Positions 1-13,919 of a stretch of 64,000 bases of DNA are shown here, piece by piece. Both the position numbers and the translations under genes were made by a program. A model generated the notes under the pieces. The model was given only the letters and a program-made list of their open reading frames with translations. It was not told the origin of the DNA and did no database searches. The stretch comes from Blasia pusilla (lineage: Eukaryota), in the NCBI GenBank assembly GCA_050084515.1, contig CM114271.1:186001-250000 (forward strand), in the 5' to 3' direction. Within the stretch, counting starts at the first letter, position 1, and every line of letters starts with the position of its first letter.

Positions 1-289
1 TTCGTGCCCTTGGTTTGCTCCGCGGCGCCCCAAAGTGTAGTTCAAGTCCCAAACACTCTTGGAGACCTTCCCCCTTACTAGTACTTCTGGGGTTCTCCAC
101 CCTCCCCCTATCTTTTGGGAAGAGACATTCGGGCCCCTCGTTTTGGCCCTCAACCAAACTCCTCGTAAAATTGTTTTTGGGATGTTTCTCAACTTGTGCT
201 TGTGTGTTTGCTGAGATCTTTGGTGCGTTAGAATCGACTTTGCATAAGATTTCCAATGCCATTTTATTAGATTGCCTCTTCTTCGGCCC

Positions 290-730
290 AAGTCCACACC
301 CACCTTCTAGCAATTATGCTTCGATTCCTTCAATGAGATTTGGTGGTGGTGGTGTCTCTCTTCTCATGTGAATTCTCAACTTGGGCCCAAATCCATGGAT
401 AAGTTAGTGTACGAGATCTTCCTCCCTTTGTCCGCAATGTGATCTTAGTTCACGAGCTCCATTGATGTAATGTTTGATAGTCTCATCTTTCTGTTGCTTG
501 ACTTTTGCTCTTGATTGATTTTAACCTTTTGTTCATCAACATACTCTTGGCGAAATGCTTACTTAAGGACTTCATGGATATCCACTTTAGGTATCATCCC
601 TAGCAAAAAACCTAGAGTTTCATCCACACAATGTTTAAATAAAGTACATATGTCATCATCTTCAACAATCCATGCCAATTTAATAACATTGGAGAATTGA
701 ATTTGAATACAAGGATCCTACGTTTGGATC
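290..730 (-). pseudogene. gag: Decayed Ty3/Gypsy retrotransposon gag (Retrotrans_gag-like) remnant
   Basis: Manual minus-strand translation gives ...KVKQQKDETIKHYINGARELRSHCGQREEDLVH*LIHGFGPKLR..., resembling the Gypsy gag 'Q..DE.I..Y..R..EL...C......LV..FI.GL' region. It contains stops and frameshifts. Confidence 0.55.
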
Positions 731-1709
731 CTTGTGCATTGTGTATCTTACTTGAGATAATGCTATAGTAGCAACATTAATCCTCCAACCTCGTTTGTCT
801 AGCACAATTTGATATATCATCCATTGTCTTGGAAATCGTTCGTCGGATGGGGACTATTGGTGCAATCGGAGGTTCTCTTTCCACATATGCTTCCTCATCC
901 GACGGGAGACTATCCTAACCACATTATTGTCAATTATGTAGACTTTAAGTGACCATCTTTTTTTATGTACTACTTCTAGTTTGCAATCCTTGAATAGGAA
1001 TTCAAATTTCTAAGTCCCCACTATGGTTGTAAAACTCAAAATGCTTAAGAACCTCGCACTTTATCATTCCCCTAGCCACTCATACATTGGAACTCATCCG
1101 CACATTTCTACATTCATATATATATACTTATTGGTTCTCCAAGAATGAAGCTAGCCCTCAGCTAGATATTTCAATTTTGCTTACATGACTTGGCAAGATA
1201 TAATGACCAAGATCCAAATTTATGTCTCACAAGCATTCTTTAATCATAAGCTTTGAGATCTCTTTTATTCTTCCTTATGTGTCTATATCCTCCTCTCTAC
1301 CCTATTGATACTTTTTATACTAACTTGTCTACACTAGAATTACTTCTTCTATTTCCATCTATTTGTTTGCCTACATCAAACACTCCCAACACCATTAGTT
1401 CTTCTTCGTGGTCCATCAACTTACCACTTATGTATTGCACTCTTCCACTTGCCTCTACAATTTCCTTATGATTTGGCCCATAAAAATCCTCCTTTGGTTA
1501 ATCTTGGTAACATTATCATGACACATGCACCTCTCCTCCCTTAGAGAATAATCCACTTCAATGCCACAAGATTTGGATAACTCTAGATCTAATATTACAG
1601 TAAGAGTCTTTCTTCGAGTAAAGGAAACCTTCTAGTTATGGCAATGATTGATGCACGATGGGTTTTTAAACAAGTCGTTCACTAATTAGTATAAGATCAC
1701 GATATAGCC

Positions 1710-3900
1710 TTTCCACTCTCAAATGATATGGATTACAAATGGTTATGCTAAGGCACTTATTTCTTTGTTACAACTAAACTCGAAATTCCTAACAATGAAG
1801 CCTCTATAAGACACGTTATATATATTTACCAAGAAAATTGCACACTTTGTGTTAAAATCTACTTGAGGAGATCCATGTTTCCGTCAATCGCTAGTTGAGG
1901 CACATACAACGTGCAATCCCAAGTCCATCGGTATGTGACAATAATAAGTATCAATAGAGTTGGGAATTGCATGACTTGGTTCATGAACATCTCTCCCAAA
2001 TAATAAAGTAGATAGCAAACAAACCAATGCATATCTACAAAAGGATAGAATCTTTGTGTGGTATGGGTTAATGACAAGGAAATCAAGTACAACTTACGCT
2101 CTATCCCTATCCATGATTCTTAAACATACTCTACTCATTTTGTCTCTATAAATCAAAAGAGGCCTCAATAAAAAGCGGGTGATGGAAAAACCATCCAAAA
2201 TATAAACGAGAGGGACACTCAAAGTGTCGAGTAAGTACGTTAAGGCCGTAACTGACCTGGGAAAAGAAAAGGGGGCACTCCCTCCTTAATTAACTTGGGC
2301 ACGCTACAAGGCTATAGAGATTCGTTTCCTACAATAAATAATTGTAGTACCTAATGACAACCCATTTCTCAACTGGAGACTATGGGCGCAATCCGTAATG
2401 AATAATTCAAACCTCTCATCCATAGCCCTGTACATGTATATGGTTAGGTGGACGAATTGATGTCGGCATGAAGTTGACTATAGAGATGGGTCTTCTTCAT
2501 TGTTGTCTCTCCTTGTAGCCATGTCCCTTGTGCCACCATTTGGGCTCGCACAGCCTGTCACATAGGATCTGTCACTACAACGTCCGCCACCACCACCTCA
2601 GCCTCTCATGTCATATAGATATCAACATGGATAAGGGAATCCTCCATGGAGTAGCACCTCTCTCTCTGCATGTGGAAGCCACTCTTGCAAGCAATATTAA
2701 ACATGATATCCCACACAACATCGTGAGTGGCAATCCTCTCACCCCTAATTGGAAAGTGTACTAAATCCATACCAAGTGGATCCAAACTCTAGCGATACTC
2801 ATAGTGTGTCGAACCAACCACTGATGGTTTGGTCAAAACCGCATCACGCTAGTGTAGGTAAGTAGTGCAATATGGAAAGTCGGGATAAGGGGACGAGCCC
2901 CCATCCATGAGCTTGCCCCTTTTTTCAAAGCAAGAGCGATTATGGGCCTGAACCTCCATTGGAATATCCTCATCTTACATAATGACTCAAAGTGGGGATC
3001 CATCAAAGAAGATTGGAGCCTTGAATAACCAGAGGTAACTAGGGAGGAGAAAGTAGGCAGAATGGCTCTAGCATCACCTAGAAGGGAATCTCTACATGCT
3101 CTAAGGGAATGTTGTAGTGGGAACATGCCATCCTTAATCTGGGATATGTATTGTTGAAGAAGTGGTCTATCATTAGTTATAAATCTAGAGCAAAGAAGGG
3201 ATATCGCTATGGTCCAACTCCCCAAAAAATTGGACCTAATCGGAGGTTAAAGACCTACTCCACCAAAGGTAATTGGCCAAGAGGACTATCTATAAATTAG
3301 CTCCTCTATGGGGCACTCAAAGGAGTGAGGTCCTAAAAGATTCGACTCTATAAATAGTTCTATGATTATGGGCAATCTTTATATATATTCCTTAAAACTC
3401 TTTGACAAATGTCGCTTCTTTGAGGTGAAAAAATCTCCAAAATACTCTATATTCATCAATATCTCAAAACTCCTCAAGAATAGATTATGGTCAAATAAGT
3501 CTTCCAAGATGAGAAATCCACTCTCATTAAAAAAGTAACCAAGTTTTAATAGTATTATCTCAAGAATAACAAAGATAACTTGAGAAAGTAAGATGTCAAG
3601 TACTGAACTTTTAAAGGTCCCTTCTCTTTATACACCCAAGGGACCCACATGAGTACAACATAGGGCATATCCTAACTTATATCAAATAGCTCACTCTCAT
3701 AACTCAAGCCAATCTCCTTTGGACACAATAATTTTACCCTTTATCTTGTCCCAAAATATCATCATAAACCACTCACTATTCTCCCAACTACCCCAATTAT
3801 CCCTAGCCTTGACTTTTTCACCAACTATGACTACTTTAGCTTTATTTTCATCAAGACATCAACCAACTGCTTTTAGTTTATGTTCCCCATGTGTGCTTTA
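1710..3900. repeat. LTR-like interspersed repeat split into two halves (~1710-2140 and ~3500-3900), homologous to 36685-37716
   Basis: 1710-2140 aligns with ~36700-37125 (cgaaattcctaac; shared spurious ORF 'FMNQVMQ.PT...IVTY..TWDCTLYV'). 3500-3900 aligns with ~37160-37660 (aatccactctcatt; aaggtccc.tctc.ttata; aa.taccccaa). Confidence 0.65.
2370..3300 (-). mobile_element. 3' fragment of an RLE-type (CRE-like) non-LTR retrotransposon, degenerate
   Basis: Minus-strand translation: SWPITFGGVGL...FLGSW; GASSWMGARP; LDPLGMDLVHFPIRGERIATHDVVWDIMFNIACKSGFHMQRE...VDIYMT*EAEVVVADVVVTDP...KKTHLY. This matches the decayed zinc-knuckle / RHD / PD-DV / K..KY layout of restriction-like endonuclease domains. 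Confidence 0.6.
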
Positions 3901-3999
3901 CAACGTCTTTATCTAGAGTTAGGATTACATAATTGAGGTATCCTTGTAATTCCTTTAAGAGGTCTAGAAGTAAAATATTATTTTTCTAAACTAATAACT

Positions 4000-5482
4000 T
4001 GTAATGTACAACTCTAGGAAAAAGATATTCTTTCTATCGCAAAGTACTAAGTTCGTTCCCAAGAAACCACTGCTTCTTGAGTAAAGAGAGGTTTTATAAA
4101 GACTGTCAAGAATAAACTCCTTCTTCACTAAAATGTTTCACTAACTCCAATAACTAAATCTTCATTGAGACAAAAGAACAAAATGATTTTCTTTCCTCTT
4201 GGAAGAGACTCTTCTCAAGTGCACATGAAGACTGTTGCAAATCTTGAATAACAAAGCTCCGCGAAGACCTCAAAGAGACCTCAAGAATGGCGGCTTACCC
4301 TACTTTCAGAATTGAATCTATCACGACAGATTACTGATTGTCTAATAACTTTCGTACGCTCTTCTTGATTATCTTCTGGAATTCTGAAACTACAAGACTC
4401 AACTCTCATTCCTATTGCAGCCCAATAGGATCCACATTCAATTCCGCACATCAAAAGGCATGAGAGAAAACTCTTCTTTTGAATCAAAGAGTGGAAAGAA
4501 CTAGAAAGTATTACAAGCTTCAAAAAGTAGAAGACTCTTCAGCTTGGATCATCCCTCAACAAAACTTCTTACACACTCACTAAGATTGTGGATAAACTCA
4601 AGATACACGGAAAAATATTGGGGAATTCAAGACACAAGGGAATGATCCCTTCTTCTTCTGATTCATTCTTTAAATAGTCTTTTACAACGCTGATTGATCT
4701 TCCTATTCTAATCTAGATTTCTAACTGCTACTCCTAACCTAATCTATTCAAATTCTCCAACCCTCAACTTCTTATGACTGTTGGTTGCCCTGATGTTTCA
4801 TTTCCTCCTCCTTCTTAACCGCTCCGCCGCTCCATTTTCGACTTCCGAAACCGCCGTGACGGTTTAGTCTTCATAATCTTTGAGCTCTTCGCGGTCTTTG
4901 TAGTCTTTCTCTTTGCTATCCTATCTTTGCGCTGTTATCTTTGCACGAAGACTCTTATCCCTCTCTTGCCGCGAAGTTTCCTCCTTTCTTCTTTCTTTCA
5001 CTCTATTGCCTTCAAAATATTTCCTATCTTTCTATCCCTATTCTTAATACACCTTTCGGCTTTTGTGTCGACTCTTTGACTTCTTCTGCTTCTTCCTCTT
5101 CCTTCTTAGGGTTCTTAGTCTTTGCTCTTGAGTCTTTGCTCTTCATTCTTTGTACCCAATCTATGCACAAAAAATACCTTCATTCTTCTTTACAAAGAAG
5201 CTTTTCGCAATCTTCGTTGACAGTCTTTTACACAATCCGCGCTTCTTCTTCTTACTTATTTTCCAATATTTTCCTTGTTTTACAAAATTCTCACTCTTCC
5301 AAGACAATCCTTAATCTCTTAACATCTCCTGTCCTCTCATCAGAGTTCTGTGAGTCACTCTTCACACAATTTCTGTAATGTAAGACTCTTTACTTCCGGT
5401 ATTGAGTCTTTAGTCCTTGCTCAAGGAAGACCTCTTTAAAACTTGATCTTTCTCTCAAAATTTCAAAAACGTGGGCACTACA
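4000..5482. mobile_element. Solo LTR (1483 bp) with 5-bp TSD TAACT
   Basis: Starts TGTAATGT (4000) and ends GCACTACA (5482), an imperfect terminal inverted repeat with TG...CA. TAACT lies at 3995-3999 and 5483-5487. No recognisable coding content inside. Confidence 0.85.
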
Positions 5483-6679
5483 TAACTCAAACACTCATAG
5501 GAATGGAATGTACATTCTGAATAAAATTACAATAAGACACTAATATCACTTCTCCTCACCATCAAAAAATGCTTAACTTTAACAATTGATCCACTAGCTT
5601 TAAAAAACATCTAAATCTAGTGTGCCTTCTTACTACCATTGAAGAGTGACCAATCTACAACGCCACCATCTTAAGAAACCTTTGGATATGGTGTGCCTTC
5701 CGCCTTCCACTATAGTTTAACCTACCTTTAACACCATTAGATCTAGAAACGTCTACATCAAGTAGCACATCTCCCTTGCATCGAAAGAGCTTATCTGTAA
5801 GACCTTTACTAATCTTTCCTTCCATATCCTTCTCTTTTATATTTTGAACTAACCCCTACTTTAGCTCGAATCTTAACTCCTTTGGTTGCTAAATACACCT
5901 TATGTTTATCCCTAACTCTATTTTAACTTTGTCTTCAAATATTATTGATATACACATGCTCAAAGATGTTCTTTAAACCTTCCACAATATCCACACATTC
6001 ATGCAAGATTGTAAGCCATTTCACGAAATAGATAAAGTTTATAAGTGAACCAACTAACCATGCAAATTCAATTATTCCATTCTTGAAGTTTGTACATCTC
6101 ATGTCAATTCAATAGCAAAAAAACTCTCTTATTCATCTCTTCCTACCTTTTATCCCTACAACTCCATCCTACATTCTCCTCATCTACTACTTGTTTGCAC
6201 TTACCTTTTGAGAACTCCAACCCCTCTATTATCCTACCAAGAAAACTATGTTAGAAAAACTTGTTATTTGTTCTATGGTTATATCTCTGAAGTATATATG
6301 TCTTCCCTGAGTATATGCTCTTGTCAACACATGATATTGATGTGTTGTCAATAACTGACTAAATCTCATAGCCTTAAAGCTTATGGTGGGACCATGTATC
6401 CATAATGACCATCCATAGTTTTCTTGGTATGCATGGAACACGCCTACTTATACACCTACACGTATTCTGACATGTTTATTCCCTCTTAAGGAAAAGACCA
6501 TAATGTGCTTGTATCCAATGAAACTCTAGATCTAGATAAACATCTACCATTTTTTGGTGGAGAAAAACTACATGCCCATATCCTCTATACCCAATTTCAC
6601 CAATATATAATATTTTAAGACTTGCCTCGAGAACAACCCAGTGATACACTAGGCAAAAGCAACATCCTTAGGTTAATCC

Positions 6680-7555
6680 CTCGACATTTTCAGATACATA
6701 GCAGTAACCAAGGAAGAGAAGTCCCTTGTCACCCCGAAGCAAGGGCGGTGGAGTGGGAACGAATGATAGACTATTGGATGTCAGAATATGGGAAATTGAA
6801 GGCTGAGCAAATGACCCAGGCTCAGTCACACGTTGTGACTTTGAACTACAGCAGTCGGGCACGTTAATAGGTTTTGGTGTAAGCGCTAAACCTAACATGT
6901 GACTTGCACATAGTTAGCTTTGCATTGACTAGATTTCATTCAATGGGCATATTTATCAATCTAAGTATTTGTTTAAGTGCTCCTAATGAAGCTTGCATGT
7001 TTTCTATCACAATAATTGAAGAAACCCTATGCCAATGCTTTTTAACACATCATATGGGATCTAAATTTAAGGGGGTTCCAAAAAGAGATGTTTCTCTTCA
7101 TGGTACAACAACAGAGGATGTACCATTACCACACCAAAACTCCAAAAATTTCACTGGAGCTTCACGGGTAAGTAATTCCCTATTTTTAAAGATGGTGAGT
7201 TTGTAAAGCTTCTTAGTAAATTGGTCCATTCGATAGGATGTCTTGGAGGTAAGTTTTTTCTCGTGATAACTTTACATTTTCTTCACAGGAAGTCGAATCC
7301 GATATCACTTCCCACATGAATGAGGTGGAGAGCAAGTTTGACGAAGGTATGCGTGATATGAGATAAAAATTTGAGATCGGGCAAAGAGAGAAAGAAAATA
7401 AGTGGAGCGATATTCAGGCAAGTCATCAACTTCTCGAAGAGAAGTTGAGTGCTCTCATGCGTTTGGTGTCAAAATTGGCTGAGAATGGGAAAGAAACCAC
7501 CTCGAATGTATCAATGGATTATGCACTTGTAGACAAACCATCAACTCTCAAAAGT
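6680..7555 (+). pseudogene. CACTA TnpA-like (Ptta/En/Spm-type) gene fragment of the outer element, 5' part
   Basis: HPEARAVEWERMIDYWMSEYGKLKAEQMTQAQSHVVTLNYS aligns with inner-element HPDAKEDAWGRLVDYWLSEEGMLKAQKMVNARSKVMTLNHSG. A coiled-coil exon follows at 7290-7555. Confidence 0.6.
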
Positions 7556-7759
7556 AAGTTCAACTTCTTAGTTCTTCCTTGCTTTGTCTTTACATTTCTT
7601 TGGATTTTTTAGTTAGTGTCAAACTCTCTTTATGATCTAATTACTTACGTGGCTTGTGCAATCGAGATGAACTTGATAGCCTCAATATTATAGAAATTGG
7701 TATAGAGATTAAGAAGTCCCCTAAAAAAAAAGACAAACACTAGAAGAAAATAGTGGTTT

Positions 7760-8065
7760 TTATGACTAGTACTAGAATGACTGAGGTTCTTCATGACTCA
7801 AACATATGATTAGAATGTTTGCCAGTCGGATAGAAGTCATATCACACCATATAATAATAAAGTTGTAGTCATATACAAATATGACTAAGTCATAGAGAAA
7901 TCTTAGGATATGGTATAGTCATATTTGAAATGACTGTCATTGTATATTCTCAAGAAGGCTTTAAGCAATATGAAAGATTTTGGCGATGTAGTCAGTCTTG
8001 TGTATAGTCATACTGAAAATTTATATGACTCACTTGTGTAAGGAATGAAAAATGACTGAACGTGT
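7760..8065. repeat. Left subterminal repeats (ATGACT/AGTCAT motif) of the inner CACTA
   Basis: Multiple direct and inverted ATGACT/AGTCAT motifs next to the TIR. Confidence 0.8.
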
Positions 8066-8399
8066 CAAATCATAAACTAAATAGAAATAAGGTACACCAA
8101 CACTTAGATAAAAAAAAATGAGCAAAATCGATGGGGATTCTAAAATTTCACATACCTACGTGGCAAATGATATGGCGCGCAAGCAAAGAAGGAGCTACCG
8201 ATTGGGGGGGAAAATGAGCGAGGGAGTGTGAGCGAGAGGGGCCAGACTTGTTCCTTGAGCATGTGTTTCTTGTGAGTTGCCTTCCTTGTGATTTTTTTTT
8301 CCTTCTTAGTGGGTACATGCTCTCAACCTTCCGCGTTCCTGGCCTTCCTCGTTGTCGTGCAACCTCCGCTGCCTCCAAGAAGAAGAGTTGTGGAAGTGC

Positions 8400-8835
8400 C
8401 GTGTGGGAGCTAAAGGAGTGATGTCGGTTGGAACTTATTGTTGGGTAGCTGTGGAGGGAGTTCTGATGGTGTTGTGATTGTGTGCTGCTTGCGCGGAGCT
8501 TTGTTTTCGGCGCTTTTGTCTCTCATGGCCTCCTTGTCGTGCAAAGACTGCTGCCTCTCGGTTTCTTCTTGCCCCGCGTTGCATGGAGTTCTATTTTCGG
8601 CGCCTATGCGCATTTCAGTGGAGAAGGGGGGTTGCAAAATTGCCATGTGGGAGCTGAAGTATTGATGTCGTTTGGAATTGATTGTTGGATAGGTGTGGAG
8701 GGAGTTTTGATGGTGTTGTGATTGTGTGCTGCTTCTGCAGAGCATTGTTTTTTGTGCTTTTGTGTATTTCCCTGGAGGAGGAGGCTCACAGAATCGTGGG
8801 AGCTGATGCAATGAAGTCGGTTGGAGCTAGTTGAT
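8400..8835. repeat. Imperfect internal tandem duplication (unit starting gtgggagct.a; first period ~245 bp)
   Basis: Similar 'gtgggagct(a/g)a...tgatgtcg.ttggaa..ga.tgttgg.tag.tgtggagggagtt.tgatggtgttgtgattgtgtgctgctt' blocks at ~8403 and ~8647, plus a partial third at ~8796. Confidence 0.7.
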
Positions 8836-9149
8836 TGATCGATCAATTCAATGGGGCGGGGTGGGAGGAGTAGTGTCTTTTGTGGCTAATGGGACATGCG
8901 GATCATCGTTGGTGTCTGTTGTACATGGCACATTTGAAGAGTCATGGTTGATACACTCTCACATGCATTTTGTTGGATCCGTACTATCTTTTTTTTACTC
9001 TCTCTCTCTCTCTCTCTCACTCTCATTTTGCATATTATTCTTCCCTTGCTGGAATATGGGGCAGCGGTGTGGGATGCCAACACCTTTTCAACTCACAGTT
9101 GAAGGCGATTTGGGGTATGATGTCAACTTCCTCACCAATAGCTTGAGTT

Positions 9150-9624
9150 GGTGTGAGATTTGAACTTGGAGTGGCCACACCAGTATTTCAAGAAGCAAGA
9201 GAAGAAGGTAGATACTCTAAAATCCTGAATCAATGTCATCCTCTGGACTCATGCGAGAAATTCATAAGACACACATAGAGAGCATATGCGGATATCGCTA
9301 AGTTGGTAACACCTGAATTATTCAACACATTTTGTAGCCTAGTTTCATTGCCCAAAGCTGCTGCATTGGTAAATGTACTCTCACTCACCCACTCCCTCAC
9401 TTTCTCTACCTCCTTGAAGGCTACTGCCTAATGAGGATAAACTCTATCCCAAGAGCTCTGCGTGTGATCTTCTGCCAACATCCACAACACACATACAGAT
9501 AGCATATGCTGATTTTGCTAAGCTAGTATCACCGGAATTGGGCACCACATACAATCAATAGCATGGCCTTATTGCCCAGAACTGCTACATATATTGTCTT
9601 CTCTCTATTCTCTATCTCTCTCTC

Positions 9625-9668
<44 letters not shown>

Positions 9669-10110
9669 TATAAGATCTGAACTTGGAGTGGCCACACGAG
9701 CATTTCAAGAAGCAAGAGAAGAAGGTATACACTCTAAAATCTTGAATCAATGCCATTCTCTGGACTCCCGCGAGAAATTCATAAGACACACATAGAGAGC
9801 ATATGCGGATATCGCTAAGTTGGTAACACTTAAATTATTGAACATACTTTGTAGCCTAGTTTCATTGCCCAAATTCTATTGCAATGGTAAGTAATGTACT
9901 CTCACTCACTCACTTCCTCAATTTCTCTACCCCCTTGAAGGCTACTACCTAATGAGTACAGACTCTAGCCTAGGAGCTTTGCGTGTGGTCTCCTGCCAAC
10001 ATCCACAACACAAAGACAAATAGCATATGCCGATATTGCTAAGTTGGTAGCACCAAAATTGGATACCACATGCAATCAATAGCAGGGCCTCATTGCCCAA
10101 AGCTCATGCT
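9150..10110. repeat. ~520-bp tandem duplication separated by an (AG)n microsatellite (~9627-9666)
   Basis: 'tgaacttggagtggccacac...atttcaagaagcaagagaagaaggta...tactctcactcac...ccaacatccacaacac' occurs at ~9161 and again at ~9678. Confidence 0.85.
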
Positions 10111-13100
10111 TATATTTTCTTGTTTCACTCCATAACCCAAGCAATGGGCAAACGATCACAATAGAACATCACGGAGGAAGCGATGAAAATGTCTGACTTT
10201 CTCTTTTGACGATATATCCTGAGAAGGCAGAACTGAAGAACTATTTGTGGGAAACCCCTTGCTTGGGAACCCGGCTCAAGTTCAAGTTCAGGCCTGGGGC
10301 AATTGAGGAAGGGAATTGTTGAACCTTTCCTACCTACACTAAGACTTGGCCACGTAGGTATGATCTGAAATTCTGTCTTATTTGTAGTATATTGTTGGAT
10401 TGAGTGATTGATTAATTTGCACTGGTGGGAATCTCTTTGCATGGCTTGCACAAGAAGGATTTGTAAGTTGTTGGAATAGTGTTGAAGTGGAATAACCACA
10501 TCTCTCCTCTAATATAAGTAGGCTAGATTTTTAGCATTGATGTGAACCTCTTTCAAAACCCTGAACTTTTCTTGAAGTTTCTCATATACACCTATGTCAT
10601 CATTCTCCAAAAAAACAAAACACATGTTTCCAACTCATTTATAAGGGTATAGATTTGTAAGGGATTTGTGGCTTTGTTTGTGGCTTTCAGCCACAAAGTG
10701 AATTGAAACCCAATTATCTCCGACCCCAATGGATAGTAACTTACAGCCATGAAACAACTTTATGCAACCCTAGAACTAACCATCTTTGTGTAGTAGCATA
10801 GGACTTAATAAAACCCACCAAACCTGTCATCTTTAATTGCATAAAGTATAAACATGGCATAGTTGCAATGTCCTAGCCTATTCAGGTTCATCTCATTGTG
10901 GTTGTTGCAGAGTTAGGGATTGAGTTGGTCTTTCTGGCGTACATTGGAAGGAGGCAAGAGGTAACGGCTTGAAGTGGTGGACCTATAACTCGACCGAGTT
11001 AATGAAAAGACAAGCCAAGGTATTTTTCAGAGGACCACTACTTTACCCTGAAGGATGAATCCAGATGACCAACCACCGCTTGATGTACAAATTGAACTTC
11101 ATGGCAGCCTAGGACTACATCAAAGACAGACTTCCTTGGTTCAATACATCCAAAGTCTACTTACTGAAGTTCAAGTGATGATTTGTTCTTTACACTCATG
11201 TCACTAGCTAACACTCTAGGTGCTGTATAGCTGATTGTTGAAGAGGTGATGACAGCAAATAGATATTCTAATAATGTCCCTATCATCCACGTGTCCACAA
11301 AAGTGCTTTCTGAAGAAGAGAGCTCCGAAGAGAATGTAGAGATTTAATTTTCCTTTTGTTCAAATATTTGACATACAGGCGGTTTGCTTTGAGAAGTGAA
11401 TCAAAAGTCATGGTTTTGGTTTAACCTTTGTGTGAGATGTTTGCATTTGTCAATCATGCATGATAACTATCTTGATTCAACTTCTTGACAACATTTTTCA
11501 ACATAACCTTTCAGAATGGAGGGCCATTCATATGCCCTACAAGGTAGTACAATAGGTGGTAAGGGGGGGAACTCGATCAGACCTTAAGGCTATTCTTGAT
11601 TTTGAAGGCCTACGTGATGCAAGTGGGGAACTTCGGGATGGGTTGAATCATCATGCTTGGGCCTTGAAGTGGAGACGTCACAAGAACAATAGTGAGATAT
11701 GTGTGTATCGTTTCGTGGTGTATGATGATCTTATTGATGAGAGATGGGAGCCCTTGCCGAGTGATGTAGAGAATGTCCCTGGAGAGGATAATATCAAGGA
11801 TAATGAAAGCATTTTTTCTGATGGTGAAATGAAATGTGCAAATGCACATGAACAAGAGGATAAGATAGGGCAGACAAGGGAACTTGACCACGGGTAGGAA
11901 AAGAATCACGAGATGCAAAATAAGATTTCCATTGCATCTATAGTCAGAGAGAGTAGTAATACGTCAAGTGTGTGTAGACCAGATTCTATAGGGTACCTTT
12001 CAGATCTGAGTGCAACCATGGAGAGGGCAGATCTCAGCAAAAATGTCGTGGCTTCTGATTTGAGTATAGAGGGGCAAGAAAAATCTAAGGGTTTTGAAAG
12101 AGAGGCAATGAGTGATGAGAGAGAAACATCACCTCTGCACATTACAATGGAGCCAGATGGTCAAGGTAATGACAAATTTAGACATCCTAATACGCCCACC
12201 AACTCTTCAAACTTAGAGAACTCTGATATTGGTGATGGATTTGAGAGTCCAGACATATTGGATAAGGACCTTCATGCTCTACTCCCAATTGAACAAGAAT
12301 GGGCACGGAAGATAAGGGAAAACAAAAGAAGAGCAGCAAAAATTCTTGATGCTATTCCCTTAGAGTAAGTAGTTCACTACCTTGCATCAGATATGAAATG
12401 CAATAATATTGCATGGTTTTCCATTCCTTCTTGCATGTATTTTCCTTATTTGTAGAAAATGAGACTTGCATGATCTTACATAGATGATTGATGATGAAAT
12501 CATTGGTTGGTAAGGTTGAGACAAGCAAAGGCATCCAAGAAAGCCTCATGTTGTAGAGCAATAGTGGCAGAGGTAGTGGAAAAGCGACGAAGTTTGAGAT
12601 TGACATCAAAGGTCTTGGAGAGCTTACCAGGTCCTTCAATGCTTGAAAGCCTTAAGGATAATAAAATGAAAGATCCAGATTATATGCCAACTGAAGATTC
12701 AGAATACCAAAATAATGAGGAGGAAGATGTACATGATCCTCCATTCGTGAATAAGGATATTGGGCCGACATTCTATCCGATCCAAGTCAAAAGGGTGACT
12801 ACAATGATATGTTATGTACCATCTTCAGTAAGATTTTGTGTGGGATACATGATTCTTCCAATCTCTGTGTTTATTTATTATAGTACACTAACTTTTATTT
12901 CTCTTTCATATGCTCAGGGTATTGGAGGGAGAGAATTCCTCGAATCTCATGCATTATAAGGCACATGATCCAGGCCAAAGTGGGAGATCAGAAATGGGTT
13001 GGAAATATCCCCCATGGCTAGAGAGTGGTAGCCAATAGTGGGGTGGACCAATGGGTGCAAGGTGGTACATTCATGAGCATGAGCCGTCGATGTTGAATCA

Positions 13101-13919
13101 TGGCCCACATAGCTCTCATGGCTTGCCCCTAAACCCTCCCCCCGACCACAATGGGGTCAACAAACTCCTACGGCTGGACTCATGACCGCTCAAGGCCAAT
13201 GTCTTGGAGGCATGTCTTGGTCACAACCTAGAGTTGTAGAATGCCCATGGGTAGGCAATATCCAGCCATCTCTACCATCTGGATCTCACGCCGAATGGGG
13301 TCCTCATACACAAACTTTGACCTCTATGGGGATTCAATAGCAATGGGGACCCATTCAACCTAGTTCTTCAGACCAACCATGGGCAAGGCCAAGAGTTAAC
13401 TTCTTTCCACATTGTGTATTTGTGAATCAAATTCTCTAATTTTAAGGAATTATGACTCTTTAACTCTTGATCTTCTCATGATGACTCATAAAGTGGCCAT
13501 TATCCTTTCCTGGTTTTGTGTGTTTTTCCAGACTGTGAAGTCCTGATTTCTTGTCTATAGTGTTGATGAAGGATGTAAGAGTGTTATCTCCATGTGTGGA
13601 CAGGATGGAGCACCATGCCCTCCGCCCTCTTATCCAACTACAGGAGAAGGTTCAAACTCGACATTTTCTGATGGGCCATCGGGATTTGTTGGGACGAGTG
13701 TATATTCGCAACAAAGTGGCAGTCAGTCTTTCATGGCCCCTAGTCTCTCCAAACCCACAAATAAAAGTGGGGGTATGTCCACATGTAGCCGCTTTTGAGG
13801 CATGTTCTCAATGTCGACCAAGAATGTTTGGTACAATTGGTTAGTGATCTGGTCTTTTATTCCCTACATTTTATAACATGTGCATGTCTAAATTGATTTT
13901 CTTGCGTCTTTCATTTGTT

